A DNA stretch of 64,000 bases from an uncultured Alphaproteobacteria bacterium. Lineage in GTDB: Bacteria; Pseudomonadota; Alphaproteobacteria; Rhizobiales; Xanthobacteraceae. Under the pieces are notes generated by a model. That model was not told the origin of the DNA. It saw only the letters and a program-made list of their open reading frames with translations, and did no database searches. Shown one piece after another: positions 20,713 to 31,816 of this stretch. The position numbers and the translations under genes are program-made. The stretch spans positions 288,963-352,962 of the forward strand of contig CAWAAE010000006.1 in NCBI GenBank assembly GCA_963779855.1, given 5' to 3'. Numbering within the stretch: the first letter of the stretch is position 1; the number at the start of each line of letters is the position of its first letter.

Positions 20713-22440
20713 TTGCATTTGTGGGCGGACGCAGCAGAATCTCCGAGCGCTCGTTTCCGTCGCGCCGGACCTCGTTTCAAAATCGATCATGCGGCTTGTA
20801 AATGCGGGCATGCGGCCGTGACAAGTTCTAACGTACCACCCGGCGGCGGCGGCGGCGGCGAGAAAGCTGCGCCAGCTTCACAGCCGGCCGCCGGGCGCGC
20901 TGCGGACAAACCTGCGGTCCAATCTCCGCGGTCGACGGCCGCTGCTCCCACAAATCCCCCCAAGCCCGTGCCGCCCGCCAATGAGTCTGCAGGAATGCCT
21001 TCGGGTGGTTCAACTCCACGCCCGCGCTCAATTGGCGAAGCGTCAACGCCAATTGTCCGCGCCACAGCGGCGACTAAATTCTCGCCGCGGTCCGCACCAA
21101 GCCTTACATCCGTGCCATACTCGCGTGAGCCGGCACGAGCGTCGGCGGGCGCTGCTGATCCTTATCCGCCCATTGCGGAGCGGCCGGCGAATGGAATTAG
21201 CATGACGTCGATGGATTCGAATCGCAACGATCCTAAGCGGCTCGTGCCGCGTAGCCCGCGAACGGCAATCGAGCCTGACATGGTCGAAGTGCCGACCCGC
21301 CGCTCGGCGGGCGCTCGGCATCCTCTCGTCGTCATCGGCAACGCCATCGTCAGTATTTTCGTACTGTTGGCGGTCGTGGCGGGCGTCGTGCTTTTCATCG
21401 GCAAGGAGCGATTCGAAGAGCCGGGCCCGTTGCCGCAGGACCGCATCGTCAATATCCCGCACGGATCCGGCATGCGCGACATCGCCGATGTGCTGACGCG
21501 CGAGGGCGTCATCGACCAGCCCTGGGTGTTCATCGGCGGCGTGCTCGTCCTTAAGGCACGTGAGGATCTCAAGGCCGGCGAATACCAATTCAAGGCGCAT
21601 TCAAGCCTGCGCGACGTGGTGGCGACCATCGTCGAGGGCAAAGTGGTGCCGCACCAAGTCAGCATTCCGGAAGGTCTGACGTCTGAGCAGATCGTTACCC
21701 GACTGTTGGCCGACAACGTGCTGACCGGCGATATTAGGGAAATACCGTCCGAAGGGAGTCTACTGCCCGATACCTATAATTTCACGCGCGGCGTGACCCG
21801 TGAGCAAATGATCCAGCGCATGCAGCAGGCGCAGCAGCGCGTGATCCAGGAAATCTGGGACCATCGCTCTCCCGACCTGCCGCTCGGGACACCGGATCAG
21901 CTCGTTATTCTCGCGTCTTTGGTCGAGAAGGAAACCGGCAAATCAGACGAGCGCTCGCGCGTGGCGGCCGTATTCGTCAACCGGCTGAAGCTGAACATGC
22001 GGCTGCAGTCCGATCCGACCATCATCTACGGGTTGGTCGGAGGAAAAGGTACGCTCGGCCGGCCGATCATGAAGAGCGAAATCACACAGCCCACGCCGTA
22101 CAACACCTATGTCATCAACGGGCTGCCGCCCGGCCCGATCACCAATCCGGGCCGTGCCTCGCTCGAAGCCGCCGCCAATCCGGCGCGAACGCGCGAACTT
22201 TATTTCGTCGCCGACGGCACCGGCGGCCACGTCTTCGCGGAAACCTACGAGCAGCAGGGAAAGAACGTCGCGCGGCTGCGGCTGATCGAAACCGATCAGA
22301 AGGATCAGGTCCCGATCGATGACCAGATGAATTCGCCGCTGCCGCCCGCGCCGGCGCAAGGCGCCACGGCTACTTCCGCTGCGCCGGCGCCGCCACTATT
22401 GCGTGGCACGTCGAAACCCTACGCTCCGGCCGCCCACTGA
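20713..22440 (+). CDS. mltG: endolytic murein transglycosylase MltG (YceG-like) with long low-complexity N-terminal extension; start uncertain
   Basis: TM segment VVIGNAIVSIFVLLAVVAGVVLFIG, then a YceG domain with LASLVEKETG...VFVNRL...LQSDPT. The upstream ~200 aa are Pro/Ala-rich. Confidence 0.85.
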   Translation: MHLWADAAESPSARFRRAGPRFKIDHAACKCGHAAVTSSNVPPGGGGGGEKAAPASQPAAGRAADKPAVQSPRSTAAAPTNPPKPVPPANESAGMPSGGSTPRPRSIGEASTPIVRATAATKFSPRSAPSLTSVPYSREPARASAGAADPYPPIAERPANGISMTSMDSNRNDPKRLVPRSPRTAIEPDMVEVPTRRSAGARHPLVVIGNAIVSIFVLLAVVAGVVLFIGKERFEEPGPLPQDRIVNIPHGSGMRDIADVLTREGVIDQPWVFIGGVLVLKAREDLKAGEYQFKAHSSLRDVVATIVEGKVVPHQVSIPEGLTSEQIVTRLLADNVLTGDIREIPSEGSLLPDTYNFTRGVTREQMIQRMQQAQQRVIQEIWDHRSPDLPLGTPDQLVILASLVEKETGKSDERSRVAAVFVNRLKLNMRLQSDPTIIYGLVGGKGTLGRPIMKSEITQPTPYNTYVINGLPPGPITNPGRASLEAAANPARTRELYFVADGTGGHVFAETYEQQGKNVARLRLIETDQKDQVPIDDQMNSPLPPAPAQGATATSAAPAPPLLRGTSKPYAPAAH

Positions 22441-22561
22441 TCGCTGCCGCGTTTGCGAGCAAGCGTCGGCATGCTTGTGACCGAGACTTGTTCCGGTGAC
22501 CCGCCGCCGTTAAGTTCGGCACGATTCTTTTTTCACTATTATTGCCGGGGGATAGCAGTCC

Positions 22562-23449
22562 ATGGCGCTTTCGAGCATGACCGGATTCGCTCGCGGCCAT
22601 GGTGTGTCCGGCGCCTACACGTGGGTGTGGGAAATAAAATCGGTCAACGGCAAAGGGCTCGATCTGCGGCTGCGCCTGCCGCCCGGGTGGGACGCCATCG
22701 AAGTGCCGGTGCGCACGAGGGTCGCCGAGGCGCTGACGCGCGGCTCGGTTCAAGCCAACCTGACGGTGGAGCGCAGCGGCGCCCAGCCGGTCGTCCATGT
22801 CAACGCGGCGGTACTCGATGCGATTTTGGCGACGATGAAACAGATCGCGCCGAAGATCGAAGCAGCGCCGCCGTCGCTCGACGGTTTGCTCGCGCTCAAA
22901 GGCGTGATCGAGGTCAGCGATTCCGAGGAGCGGGAAGACGAGCGGCGCAGTGCCGAAGCCGCAGTCACCGCCGGATTTGCGCAGGTGATTGACGCGCTCG
23001 GCGAGATGCGGCGCCACGAGGGCGCTGCGCTTTCACGCGTGCTCTCCGCGCGATTAGGCGAGATCGCCGCGCTGGCGGAGCGTGCGGAGCGCGCTCCTGG
23101 TCGCCGGCCCGATGCGATACGCGCGCGGCTTGCCGAGCAGGTCGCGACGCTGCTTGCGCAATCCGACCGTTTCGACCCCGACCGGCTGCATCAAGAGGCG
23201 ATCATGATCGCGACCAAGGCCGACGTGCGCGAGGAGCTCGATCGCCTTGCCGCACACATTGCCCAGGCGCAGCATTTGATCGGACAAGGCGGACCGATCG
23301 GCCGCCGGCTCGACTTTCTCGCGCAAGAGCTCAACCGCGAAGCCAACACGCTGTGCGCCAAGGCCAACGATGTCGAACTCACCAATATTGGGCTGGAGCT
23401 GAAAGCCACGGTCGAGCAATTCCGCGAGCAGGTGCAGAACGTCGAATAG
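22562..23449 (+). CDS. YicC family stress-induced protein
   Basis: N-terminal SSMTGFARG and C-terminal DFLAQELNREANTLCAKAND...LKATVEQFREQVQNVE. Confidence 0.85.
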   Translation: MALSSMTGFARGHGVSGAYTWVWEIKSVNGKGLDLRLRLPPGWDAIEVPVRTRVAEALTRGSVQANLTVERSGAQPVVHVNAAVLDAILATMKQIAPKIEAAPPSLDGLLALKGVIEVSDSEEREDERRSAEAAVTAGFAQVIDALGEMRRHEGAALSRVLSARLGEIAALAERAERAPGRRPDAIRARLAEQVATLLAQSDRFDPDRLHQEAIMIATKADVREELDRLAAHIAQAQHLIGQGGPIGRRLDFLAQELNREANTLCAKANDVELTNIGLELKATVEQFREQVQNVE

Positions 23450-23455
23450 GCCGGC

Positions 23456-24127
23456 ATGGTGGAAGAAAAAATGGCGCGCGCGCGGCCAAATCGAAAGAGA
23501 GTTGCCCGGCGCGGCTTGATGTTTGTCCTGTCCTCGCCGTCCGGCGCGGGAAAAACCACGCTCTCCCGGCTGCTGCTTCGCGCGGATCGCAGGGTTGAGC
23601 TATCGGTCTCGGTGACCACGCGCCCGAAACGGCCCGGCGAAATTGACGGACGCGACTACAATTTCATCGATCGCCATCGCTTCGATGCCATGGTAAAGAA
23701 TGGCGAACTGTTGGAATGGGCCGAAGTGTTTGGCCATCGTTACGGCACACCGCGTCAGCCGGTGATCGAGGCGCTGCAGAATGGCCGCGATGTTTTGTTC
23801 GATATCGATTGGCAGGGCACGCAGCAGCTCCGCGAGAAAGCACGTGACGATTTGGTCAGCGTTTTCATTCTGCCGCCGACCGTTCCTGAATTGGAGCGCC
23901 GGCTTAGGCGCCGCGCGCAGGACAGCAGATCCGTCATCGGCTCGCGCATGGCGAAGGCTGCCGGCGAAATGAGCCATTGGCCGGAATACGATTATGTCAT
24001 TGTGAACCGCGACAAAGCCGAGGCCTTTGCCGAAATGCGGGCAATCCTCGCGGCAGAACGCCTCAAGCGTGAGCGGCAGATCGGGCTTTCCGACTTCGTG
24101 CGCGCGCTGCAGGCGAAGCTTAAGTAA
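23456..24127 (+). CDS. gmk: guanylate kinase
   Basis: P-loop LSSPSGAGKTTL and the yicC-gmk synteny. The true start may be the internal ATG at 23471. Confidence 0.93.
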   Translation: MVEEKMARARPNRKRVARRGLMFVLSSPSGAGKTTLSRLLLRADRRVELSVSVTTRPKRPGEIDGRDYNFIDRHRFDAMVKNGELLEWAEVFGHRYGTPRQPVIEALQNGRDVLFDIDWQGTQQLREKARDDLVSVFILPPTVPELERRLRRRAQDSRSVIGSRMAKAAGEMSHWPEYDYVIVNRDKAEAFAEMRAILAAERLKRERQIGLSDFVRALQAKLK

Positions 24128-25187
24128 CATCCTCAATCGATAACACAGTGCGCCCGACGACACGTCCCGCACGTAGATCGTCGAGCGCGGCTTGCGCTTG
24201 ACCGAGCGGAAGTTCATGCGTTGGGATCGTTGCGAGCTTTCCGCTGCGCGCAAGGTCGATGAGCTCGCGGGCTTCGGCGAGTGTGCCGGTCAGCGTGCCC
24301 TCGATGGTCATCGCTTTGATCGCGATCATGGCGGCCGCGATCGAAAAGTTGCCGCCAAGAAGGCCCGTCACCACGACCTTGCCGCCGCGGGCGAGCACCC
24401 CCGTCGAGAATGCCAGCGACTTTTCCGAGCCGACGAAATCGCAAACTGCAAGCACCCCGCCCGTGGCCGTCATTACCGCCCGGCGCGCCTGCGGATCGGC
24501 GGGATCGAAGGCCTGCGCCGCACCGGCCGCCAGCGCTACGCTGCGTTTTTCGGCATCGATGTCGGCCACGAGCGGCGGTTCGTGAAACAGTGCACGGGCA
24601 ATCGAGAGGCCCATCATGCCGACCCCGCCTAGTCCGACGAGCAGCACCCGGCCGCGCTCGGCCCGGCTGCCGAGGTGCTTCAGCGCGGAATAGGCGGTGA
24701 GGCCGGAGCACATCAGCGGTCCGGCAAAATCCGGCGACAGCGGTGCATAGTCGATCAGGTAACGCGGATGCGGGACGAGGACGTGCGTGGCGTAGCCGCC
24801 ATCGACGCTAATGCCGAGATGACGATGTGTTGAGCACAGATTCTCCTCGCCGGCGCGGCAGGCCGCGCAGGTGCCGCAGCCGATCCACGGATAAACGGCG
24901 ACGCGATGCCCAACCACGGCGCCGTCGGCGGCGTCGCCCACCGCCGCGATGGCGCCGGCGATTTCGTGCCCGAGGGTAAAGGGCAGGGTGCGGTCCTTGG
25001 TGATGTCGAGACGCTTGTCGCCGCCCAACGCAAAATAGCCGTCCTGCAGATGCAGGTCTGAGTGGCAGACGCCGCAACACTCCACGCGGACCAGAACTTC
25101 AGTGCCCCGCGGCGTGGGGAGATCGGCGACCGTCTCACAAAGCGGTTGGCCGTAAGCGACAAGCGATTGGCGATGAAAACTGGTCAT
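24120..25187 (-). CDS. zinc-dependent alcohol dehydrogenase family protein
   Basis: GVCHSDLH and GHEIAG zinc-ligand motifs, plus GLGGVGMMG Rossmann motif. The 3' end overlaps the gmk 3' end by 8 nt (convergent). Confidence 0.85.
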   Translation of the reverse strand: MTSFHRQSLVAYGQPLCETVADLPTPRGTEVLVRVECCGVCHSDLHLQDGYFALGGDKRLDITKDRTLPFTLGHEIAGAIAAVGDAADGAVVGHRVAVYPWIGCGTCAACRAGEENLCSTHRHLGISVDGGYATHVLVPHPRYLIDYAPLSPDFAGPLMCSGLTAYSALKHLGSRAERGRVLLVGLGGVGMMGLSIARALFHEPPLVADIDAEKRSVALAAGAAQAFDPADPQARRAVMTATGGVLAVCDFVGSEKSLAFSTGVLARGGKVVVTGLLGGNFSIAAAMIAIKAMTIEGTLTGTLAEARELIDLARSGKLATIPTHELPLGQAQAALDDLRAGRVVGRTVLSIEDVT

Positions 25188-25218
25188 TGTGGCCCTTTCT
25201 CCCAGCCGGGAGGGAGCA

Positions 25219-26079
25219 TCATGCCCGATATTTGGAGGTTGCGGCGAGAGCCCGCGCCAGCGCGACAAAGCCTGCGACGGAAATGTCCTCCGCCCGCGCC
25301 GTCGGGTCGAGACCGGCCGCCGCGATCAAAGCGGGCGCATCGGTGCCGAGCGACCGCAGGCTCTGTCGCAGCATCTTGCGCCGTTGCCCGAAGGCGGCTT
25401 GGGTGACGCTCTTGAGAAGCTTGTGCTCGCAGGGCAGCGGCGCCGCTCGCGGCACGATGCGTAACAGCGAGGATGTAACCTTCGGCGGTGGGACGAACGC
25501 CGCGGCGTTCACATCGAACAGAATCCGCGCCTCACAGCGCCACTGAACCAGGACGGACAATCGCCCGTAGGTCTTCGACCCAGGCGCCGCAACGATACGC
25601 TCGGCGACCTCGCGCTGGAACATCAGCACGGCGGAATCGTACCACGGCGGCCAAGGCTCGATGGAGAGCCAGGCGACCAGCAGCGCCGTCGCAATGTTGT
25701 AGGGCAGATTGGCGACGATGCGCACCGGGCCGGAAGAAAGGCGCGGCCTCGGATCGAAGCTGAGCGCGTCCGCCGCGATAACGTCGAGCCGGTTCGGATA
25801 CAGCGCGGCAATTTCCTGTAACGCGGCAATCGCCCGGTGGTCCCGCTCGACCGCAATCACATGCTCGGCGCCAAGCGCCAAAAGCGCGCGCGTAAGCCCG
25901 CCCGGCCCAGGGCCCACTTCGACCACGGTAACCCCGGAAAGCGGTCCCGCGGCGCGGCCGATGCGCGAAGCGAGATTGAGATCGAAGAGGAAATTCTGTC
26001 CGAGGGACTTTTTCGCCACGAGACCGTGTTGGCGGATCACCTCGCGCAATGGCGGCAGGCTATCGAAAGCGTCGCTCAC
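25219..26079 (-). CDS. rsmA: 16S rRNA (adenine1518/1519-N6)-dimethyltransferase
   Basis: [20 protein letters not shown] and VANLPYNI motifs. The GTG start overlaps the pdxA TGA (GTGA). Confidence 0.9.
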   Translation of the reverse strand: MSDAFDSLPPLREVIRQHGLVAKKSLGQNFLFDLNLASRIGRAAGPLSGVTVVEVGPGPGGLTRALLALGAEHVIAVERDHRAIAALQEIAALYPNRLDVIAADALSFDPRPRLSSGPVRIVANLPYNIATALLVAWLSIEPWPPWYDSAVLMFQREVAERIVAAPGSKTYGRLSVLVQWRCEARILFDVNAAAFVPPPKVTSSLLRIVPRAAPLPCEHKLLKSVTQAAFGQRRKMLRQSLRSLGTDAPALIAAAGLDPTARAEDISVAGFVALARALAATSKYRA

Positions 26080-27098
26080 GATGCGGCAAGCGGCACCGGG
26101 CGTGCGGCCATCGCAAGCCGCGCCGCCAGCCGTAGCGCTGCAATCAAGCTTGTCGGATCGGCGCTGCCGGTCCCGGCGATGTCGAAGGCGGTGCCATGAT
26201 CCGGCGAGGTGCGCACGAACGGCAGGCCAAGTGTGACATTGACGGCATGATCGAAGGCGAGCGTCTTGATCGGAATCAGCGCCTGGTCGTGATACATGCA
26301 CATTGCCACGTCATAGCTCGCGCGTGCCTTCTCGTGGAACATCGAATCGGCGGGGAGGGGCCCTCTGGCATCGATTCCCTCGGCGACAAGGCGAGCCACC
26401 GCCGGCGCGACGATCATGCGATCCTCTTCGCCGAGCGTGCCTGCCTCACCGGCATGCGGGTTGAGCCCGGCAATCGCCAGCCGCGGATGCGCGAGCTTAA
26501 AGCGCGCGGCAAGATCGCGCGCGACAATTCGTCCGGTTTCGACGATGAGTTCGCTTGAAAGCTGCTTGAATATCTCCCGCAGCGGCAGATGGATCGTCAC
26601 CGGCACGACTGCGAGTTCCGGCGACCACAACATCATTACCGGTCGCAGCGACTTGCCGGTCGCTTCTTGCACCAGCGTGGCCAAGAATTCGGTATGGCCG
26701 GGCTCGGCAAATCCCCAATTGTAGAGCACGTTCTTGGCGATCGGGTTGGTGACGATGGCCGCCGCCGCACCCGCCAGGACATCGGCGACCGCGCGGCGGA
26801 TCGACGCCACGGCGGCGGGCGCGCTTGATCGATCCGGTTGGCCCGGTTCGGCCGTGACCGCGACATCGAGCGGCAGGACCGGTAGCGCCGAACGAAAAGT
26901 AGCGGCGGCCGATGGCGGCGTCACGTTGGCGATCGGAACGTCGATTCCAATCATGGCGGCCCGCCGGCGAAGGAAGTCGGGGTCGGCGACGATATAGAAT
27001 GGCGGTAGGTCGAGTTCGGCGCGGCGTCGCCATATGCCAAGTGCGAGGTCAGGGCCGATCCCGGCGGGTTCGCCGAGCGTCAATGCCAGAGGTTGCAC
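26076..27098 (-). CDS. pdxA: 4-hydroxythreonine-4-phosphate dehydrogenase
   Basis: [20 protein letters not shown] and [12 protein letters not shown] motifs. Confidence 0.93.
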   Translation of the reverse strand: MQPLALTLGEPAGIGPDLALGIWRRRAELDLPPFYIVADPDFLRRRAAMIGIDVPIANVTPPSAAATFRSALPVLPLDVAVTAEPGQPDRSSAPAAVASIRRAVADVLAGAAAAIVTNPIAKNVLYNWGFAEPGHTEFLATLVQEATGKSLRPVMMLWSPELAVVPVTIHLPLREIFKQLSSELIVETGRIVARDLAARFKLAHPRLAIAGLNPHAGEAGTLGEEDRMIVAPAVARLVAEGIDARGPLPADSMFHEKARASYDVAMCMYHDQALIPIKTLAFDHAVNVTLGLPFVRTSPDHGTAFDIAGTGSADPTSLIAALRLAARLAMAARPVPLAAS

Positions 27099-27196
27099 GA
27101 TACTGCATCCATAACACGTTCCGGAATAAGCCCGCCCCAGACACGATCCGGCTTGGCACGCGGATTTCGGAACAGATCACGTCCCACCAAGCAACC

Positions 27197-28141
27197 CTAT
27201 TTGTATTCGATCATCGCCTGGCGCCGCAAATCGGCAAGATAGCGCTTGGCCCTAGCGCCGAATTTTCTATCGAACATCTCATCGCGCAATTTGCGTGCTT
27301 CCGGCGTATCGGTCTTTGATTCCTTCTTGGAGCACACGGCAAACATCTGTATTCCCTCGTCGGTTTGCTCGGGAGGCGTCAGATGGCCGACCTCCGTGCC
27401 GTCGAGGATGTCGCGGAGTTGCTGCGGCAGGTCTGCCGACGATTTGTAAACCGCATCACGCACAGCGACTTCGGGGAGTCCCTGAGCAAACGCAACGCCA
27501 TCGGTGCAGCTGATAAAGCGCCCGCGCAAAGCCTCGGCATCGCGTTTGCGGGACTCGTAGGCGGCATCGGGAGAACCATGCGGCACCACGAGAATGATTG
27601 GGCGCATGATGTACTCGTATCCCACATCATTTTTTTGATTAGCGTCGTGCAGCTGAAGTTCGGCTTCGACGTCGGTGTCCGGTATCACCAGGCTTGCCTT
27701 GTAGCGTCCGCGTACAAGGCTGGTCCAGGCAATCTGAGCCCTGAGCTGCAGCTTGAGGGTGTCCGCGCTGGCGCCGCCGTTTGCAAGTATCTGGCTCAGT
27801 TTCTGACTGTCCACCCCCATATGGCTTGCAACATTGGCGAACGCGTTATTCACGTCCGTATCCGTTGGCACGATGGTGTAACGTCTTGCCTCGCGCAATT
27901 CGAGGATTTGGTCGATGAGGCTGTCGATCGCTTCCTGTCGCGTCGGCGCCTTGTGGCTGCTCATCTCCATGAATTTTGCGCGCTGCTGGATATCAAGCGA
28001 AGTAATCGGCTCGCCGTTGACAAGCAGGACGACTTCTTCCTGCGAGCGGGCAAACGAGGTGATGGCCAGCGTGGCCGCCACAGCGAGCACCGCCGTCGTC
28101 AGGGCTCTGCACCGGGTGCGGACTGCGATCTGTGACCTCAC
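27197..28141 (-). CDS. SurA-like periplasmic chaperone (SurA N-terminal domain protein)
   Basis: Signal peptide, then VLLVNGEPITSLDIQQR. The position between lptD and pdxA matches surA synteny. GTG 28141 with an upstream GAGAGG is inferred as the start. Confidence 0.7.
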   Translation of the reverse strand: MRSQIAVRTRCRALTTAVLAVAATLAITSFARSQEEVVLLVNGEPITSLDIQQRAKFMEMSSHKAPTRQEAIDSLIDQILELREARRYTIVPTDTDVNNAFANVASHMGVDSQKLSQILANGGASADTLKLQLRAQIAWTSLVRGRYKASLVIPDTDVEAELQLHDANQKNDVGYEYIMRPIILVVPHGSPDAAYESRKRDAEALRGRFISCTDGVAFAQGLPEVAVRDAVYKSSADLPQQLRDILDGTEVGHLTPPEQTDEGIQMFAVCSKKESKTDTPEARKLRDEMFDRKFGARAKRYLADLRRQAMIEYK

Positions 28142-28229
28142 TGTTTCCTCTCCCCCGGCGGCGGGCCCGCTGCCGGCTTGATCGATCTGTCCCACTAGGC
28201 GATAGCAACTCATAAGGTCACGGCAAAAT

Positions 28230-30680
28230 TTAGAACGCAGCGCCGACCGGCGCCAAGACATCTGGACCGATCGTCCGCAAGCTGAATTGCAGCATGACCG
28301 TGCTGTCCCTGACCGGAGCTGAACTCGCGACAGCAGTATAAGTGTACCCGGTGAGCCAGTTCACGGACAACATAAAGCAGTCGTCGACGTAGCCAAGCCC
28401 GAGGCGTGATTGGTCGAATTCATCGTTGGCGATGTCGTAGCGGGCCGAGCCGAGAACGATCCAGTTCTCCGTCAGTTTGACCGATGCGCCGGCGAGGATG
28501 CCTTCGCGTCGCGTCAGCAGGCCGAGCAGGGGCTGCGGCGCATAGTCGCCGTATAGCAACTGCACCGTCCAGCGATCGAAGTTGGCCCGACTTTCGAATT
28601 CAAGGCGCTCAGGCGTAAATGTCGCCTCGTCGAAGCGCCCCCGCGCGGTGAATGAATAAACTTGATTGGGCTGATACGTTACCCGACCGACGTAATCCGA
28701 GATGGTCTTATCGAGGCCGCTTTCGAGCCCGGTATTGGTGATATCGGGAACCTCGAACGAATTCTGGCCGAACAACTGATAGGACTGTCCGAACAGGACG
28801 TTGACCGAGCCCGCTCGGTTGATCTGGGCTGTGTATTGCAAGCCGGCATTGACCCGGCTGCCGCCCTCGACGCGGTCCCAGCCGGAAAACTTGTCGATCG
28901 AGAACAGGTTTGAATCGTCAAAAACCAGGCTTTGAGAATCTTCGTTTGGAAATCTCCCGATATCGGTTTCATTCGGGCGCAGAATAAGCTGGGCGATCGG
29001 CTCGATTGTCTGGGTGCCCCACGGCTCCACGTCGACGAACGGATAGCGATATTCGACGCCTACAGCCGGCATGGCGCGCGCGAGATCGCTTTGGCCGGTC
29101 GCTATGTAGTTGGCGACGCCGGGCTGATTGTCGACGTTGAGCGACGCTACGTCGCCGCGCACCTGAAAGAACGGGGTGATCATCTGGCCATTGTCGGTAA
29201 CGACGGTGCGGCGCCAATCTACTTCGGCGGAAGCGCGCGAGTAATCTCCAGGTATGGCGCGCAGCAGGCAGTTCGCCGGGACTGCGGTATCCGCCGTTGG
29301 GCTACTGCACGCTCCGGAGGCCTGAGCGCTCTCCGTCACCGCCTGAAATTCGGCTTGCTGCCGGCTCAAGCTGGTCAGGTTAAACTTGTAGCTGAATTCG
29401 CCGCCGAGCACCGGCTGTCCCAGCACGTTCGAATAATCGAGAACCGGATGGATGATCGGAATCTGTGCCTGGGTGTCCTGCTCCGAAAAGCCGTAGTAGT
29501 AGATCGAACGCACGTCGAAATAACTGCGTTCGCCGGCGCCGCTCAGGTACAGCTGTGAAACGCCTTGGGCTGCAACTCCGGTTTGGAATGGATCGAACGC
29601 GCTGCTGAATTGTCTGAGTTGATAGTCGTACATAAACTGCGTATCGGTCACCAACAGGCCGTTCCACCCCCACACCCATTTGTCGTTCAGCGCGAACTGT
29701 CCCGCCGTCTCGATAGCTCCGCGAAACGTATTCGCCGTCGGGCTATCCGGCCCGTCGCGACTGGCGAAGTATCCCGGATCCTGCTGGAAAATGCCGGCGG
29801 CTCTGATCGAGTAAGAGCCATCGAGCAGACGATGCCGCCATTGCGCTTCGAAAAGCGCACCCTGCTTGGTCGTCAGCAGCGTTCCGAAGGTGAGGTCGTA
29901 ATTGGGCGCGAGTGCCCAGAAATACTTGGGCTCAATGCCGAAACCGTATTGCGACGTCTCCGAGAGGCTCGGAAACAGAAATCCGCTTTTCCGCTTTACC
30001 GTCGGATCGGGCGTCGACATGAACGGCACGTATGCGAGCGGTACACCGAAAAACTCGATGCGGGCATCCTCGAAGTAGAGCATCTTCTCGCCCTCGTCAT
30101 GGATGATCCGCGCCGCCTGGACCTGCCATAGCGGCGGTTTTTTAGGATCGTCCTTGCAAGGTTCGCAAGCCGTATAGACGCCGTTCTGGAGGACCGTGTA
30201 GTTTCCTTTTGCGCGATCGGCGCGCGCCGCGGCAAAGCGGGTGTCGTCGGGAGTCTCAAGCCGCAGCGAATCGACAAAGCCGTCGCGGTAATCATCGCTC
30301 AGATCGATGGTCTGGCCGTAGGTGATCTTGCCGTCCGGCTCGGTCAGTCGGACATTGCCTTGCGCACGCAGACGTTTGGTCTTTTGGTCGTAGATGACCT
30401 GGTCGGCTTCGATGGTCGCCCCGCCATAATAGATTTGCACGTTGCCGACCGCGGCGACCGTATTGTTGGTGTAATCGTACCTGATCTCGGTCGCCTGCAC
30501 GAGCATCGGGCCATTCGATTGCGGCACCGGCTTTTTCGGCGGCGGTGGCGGCCGCGGCGGGAAATGCAAGAGATTGCCCGATTGTTGCGCCGACAAGGGC
30601 TCGGGCAGAAGAGTGAAGCCGATAATAAACGCCAATAGCGTAGCGAGCCCCGTTGCACCAACGCGAACGCTACTACTCAT
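28230..30680 (-). CDS. lptD: LPS-assembly outer membrane protein LptD
   Basis: About 815 aa, with an OstA-like N-terminal domain and a large beta-barrel, downstream of lptFG. The start at ATG 30680 (MSSSVRVGATGLATLLAF signal peptide) is inferred. Confidence 0.9.
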   Translation of the reverse strand: MSSSVRVGATGLATLLAFIIGFTLLPEPLSAQQSGNLLHFPPRPPPPPKKPVPQSNGPMLVQATEIRYDYTNNTVAAVGNVQIYYGGATIEADQVIYDQKTKRLRAQGNVRLTEPDGKITYGQTIDLSDDYRDGFVDSLRLETPDDTRFAAARADRAKGNYTVLQNGVYTACEPCKDDPKKPPLWQVQAARIIHDEGEKMLYFEDARIEFFGVPLAYVPFMSTPDPTVKRKSGFLFPSLSETSQYGFGIEPKYFWALAPNYDLTFGTLLTTKQGALFEAQWRHRLLDGSYSIRAAGIFQQDPGYFASRDGPDSPTANTFRGAIETAGQFALNDKWVWGWNGLLVTDTQFMYDYQLRQFSSAFDPFQTGVAAQGVSQLYLSGAGERSYFDVRSIYYYGFSEQDTQAQIPIIHPVLDYSNVLGQPVLGGEFSYKFNLTSLSRQQAEFQAVTESAQASGACSSPTADTAVPANCLLRAIPGDYSRASAEVDWRRTVVTDNGQMITPFFQVRGDVASLNVDNQPGVANYIATGQSDLARAMPAVGVEYRYPFVDVEPWGTQTIEPIAQLILRPNETDIGRFPNEDSQSLVFDDSNLFSIDKFSGWDRVEGGSRVNAGLQYTAQINRAGSVNVLFGQSYQLFGQNSFEVPDITNTGLESGLDKTISDYVGRVTYQPNQVYSFTARGRFDEATFTPERLEFESRANFDRWTVQLLYGDYAPQPLLGLLTRREGILAGASVKLTENWIVLGSARYDIANDEFDQSRLGLGYVDDCFMLSVNWLTGYTYTAVASSAPVRDSTVMLQFSLRTIGPDVLAPVGAAF

Positions 30681-30712
30681 GCCGGGGCGGAGAGGGCTAC
30701 GCGAACTCGCCA

Positions 30713-31816
30713 CTATCCGTCCTCCTGGAACAATAACGCGACGAATCCGGTCAGGCCTCCGACAACGACCGGAATCCACGCCGCCGCCACCGGCGGCATC
30801 AATTCCGCTCGGCTCATGTCGTCCGTGATTTTCTGCAGGACAAACAAAAGAAATCCGGCAGTTATGCCGCTCAACACCATTTTCTGCACCCCGCCGAAGC
30901 GGAAGAAGCGCAGGCTAACCGAGGCCGCGAGCAATACCATCGCGGCGAGCAGAAACGGGCGCGCGAGGAGTTCTTGATATTGCAGCCGATAACCTGCGGC
31001 CCCGAGACCGGCGCGATCTGCCATGTCGATGTACGTGGGCAATTCCCAGAATGGCACGGTCTCGGGCGTGGCAAAGCTCTCCCGCACCTGTTCAAGCGTC
31101 AGATTGGTGGCAAGGCGATAGCTTTCTTCGACATCCGGCGCTTTGCCGTTGCCATAGATGCGCGCGTCTTGGAGCTGCCAATAGCCCTTCTGCAACGTGG
31201 CGCTTTGCGCCTCGATCCGCTGTTGGAAATGGCCGGCGCTATCGAAAGTGTAGATGGTGACGCCGCCGAGTTGTGCGCCTTGCTCGCGGCTTGTACTGGC
31301 ATTGATAATGGACGCTCCATCGGCGCTTTTCTGGCGTACCCAGAAACCGCTCGTGCTCTCCTGCAATGCCGACATGTTTTCCCCCAACATGTCGGCTTCG
31401 AGACGCTTCGAGCGCTCGTGCAGCATCGCAGCGACGGGATTGAACACGGTGGTGGCGACCACACCGAAGATGAAGGCCGCGATCATGGCCGGCGCCACGA
31501 ACTGCCACGCCGAAACCCCTGCCGAACGTGCCACCACCAATTCAAGCCGGCGCGACAGCGTCAGGTAGCACGACATGGCGCCGACCAGGACCGAGAATGG
31601 CATGATGCGTTCGGTGAGCTGCGGCACGCGGTACATCGAAATTTTGGCGAGCACCCATGCCGTGGCGTTGGGCCAGTCGGCGCCGCGGCGCATCAGTTCG
31701 ACATAGTCGATCATCGCCGCCAACGCGACCACGCCGATGAACGAGCCGACGACAGACGTGAGAAACCGCATTCCGAAATAGCGCGACAGCGTACCGGTGA
31801 TCATGGCCCGCCCCAT
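30713..31816 (-). CDS. lptG: LPS export ABC permease LptG
   Basis: YjgP/YjgQ-type permease (TLSRYFGMRFL...). The ATG overlaps the lptF TGA by 1 nt. An alternative start is at 31804. Confidence 0.85.
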   Translation of the reverse strand: MGRAMITGTLSRYFGMRFLTSVVGSFIGVVALAAMIDYVELMRRGADWPNATAWVLAKISMYRVPQLTERIMPFSVLVGAMSCYLTLSRRLELVVARSAGVSAWQFVAPAMIAAFIFGVVATTVFNPVAAMLHERSKRLEADMLGENMSALQESTSGFWVRQKSADGASIINASTSREQGAQLGGVTIYTFDSAGHFQQRIEAQSATLQKGYWQLQDARIYGNGKAPDVEESYRLATNLTLEQVRESFATPETVPFWELPTYIDMADRAGLGAAGYRLQYQELLARPFLLAAMVLLAASVSLRFFRFGGVQKMVLSGITAGFLLFVLQKITDDMSRAELMPPVAAAWIPVVVGGLTGFVALLFQEDG

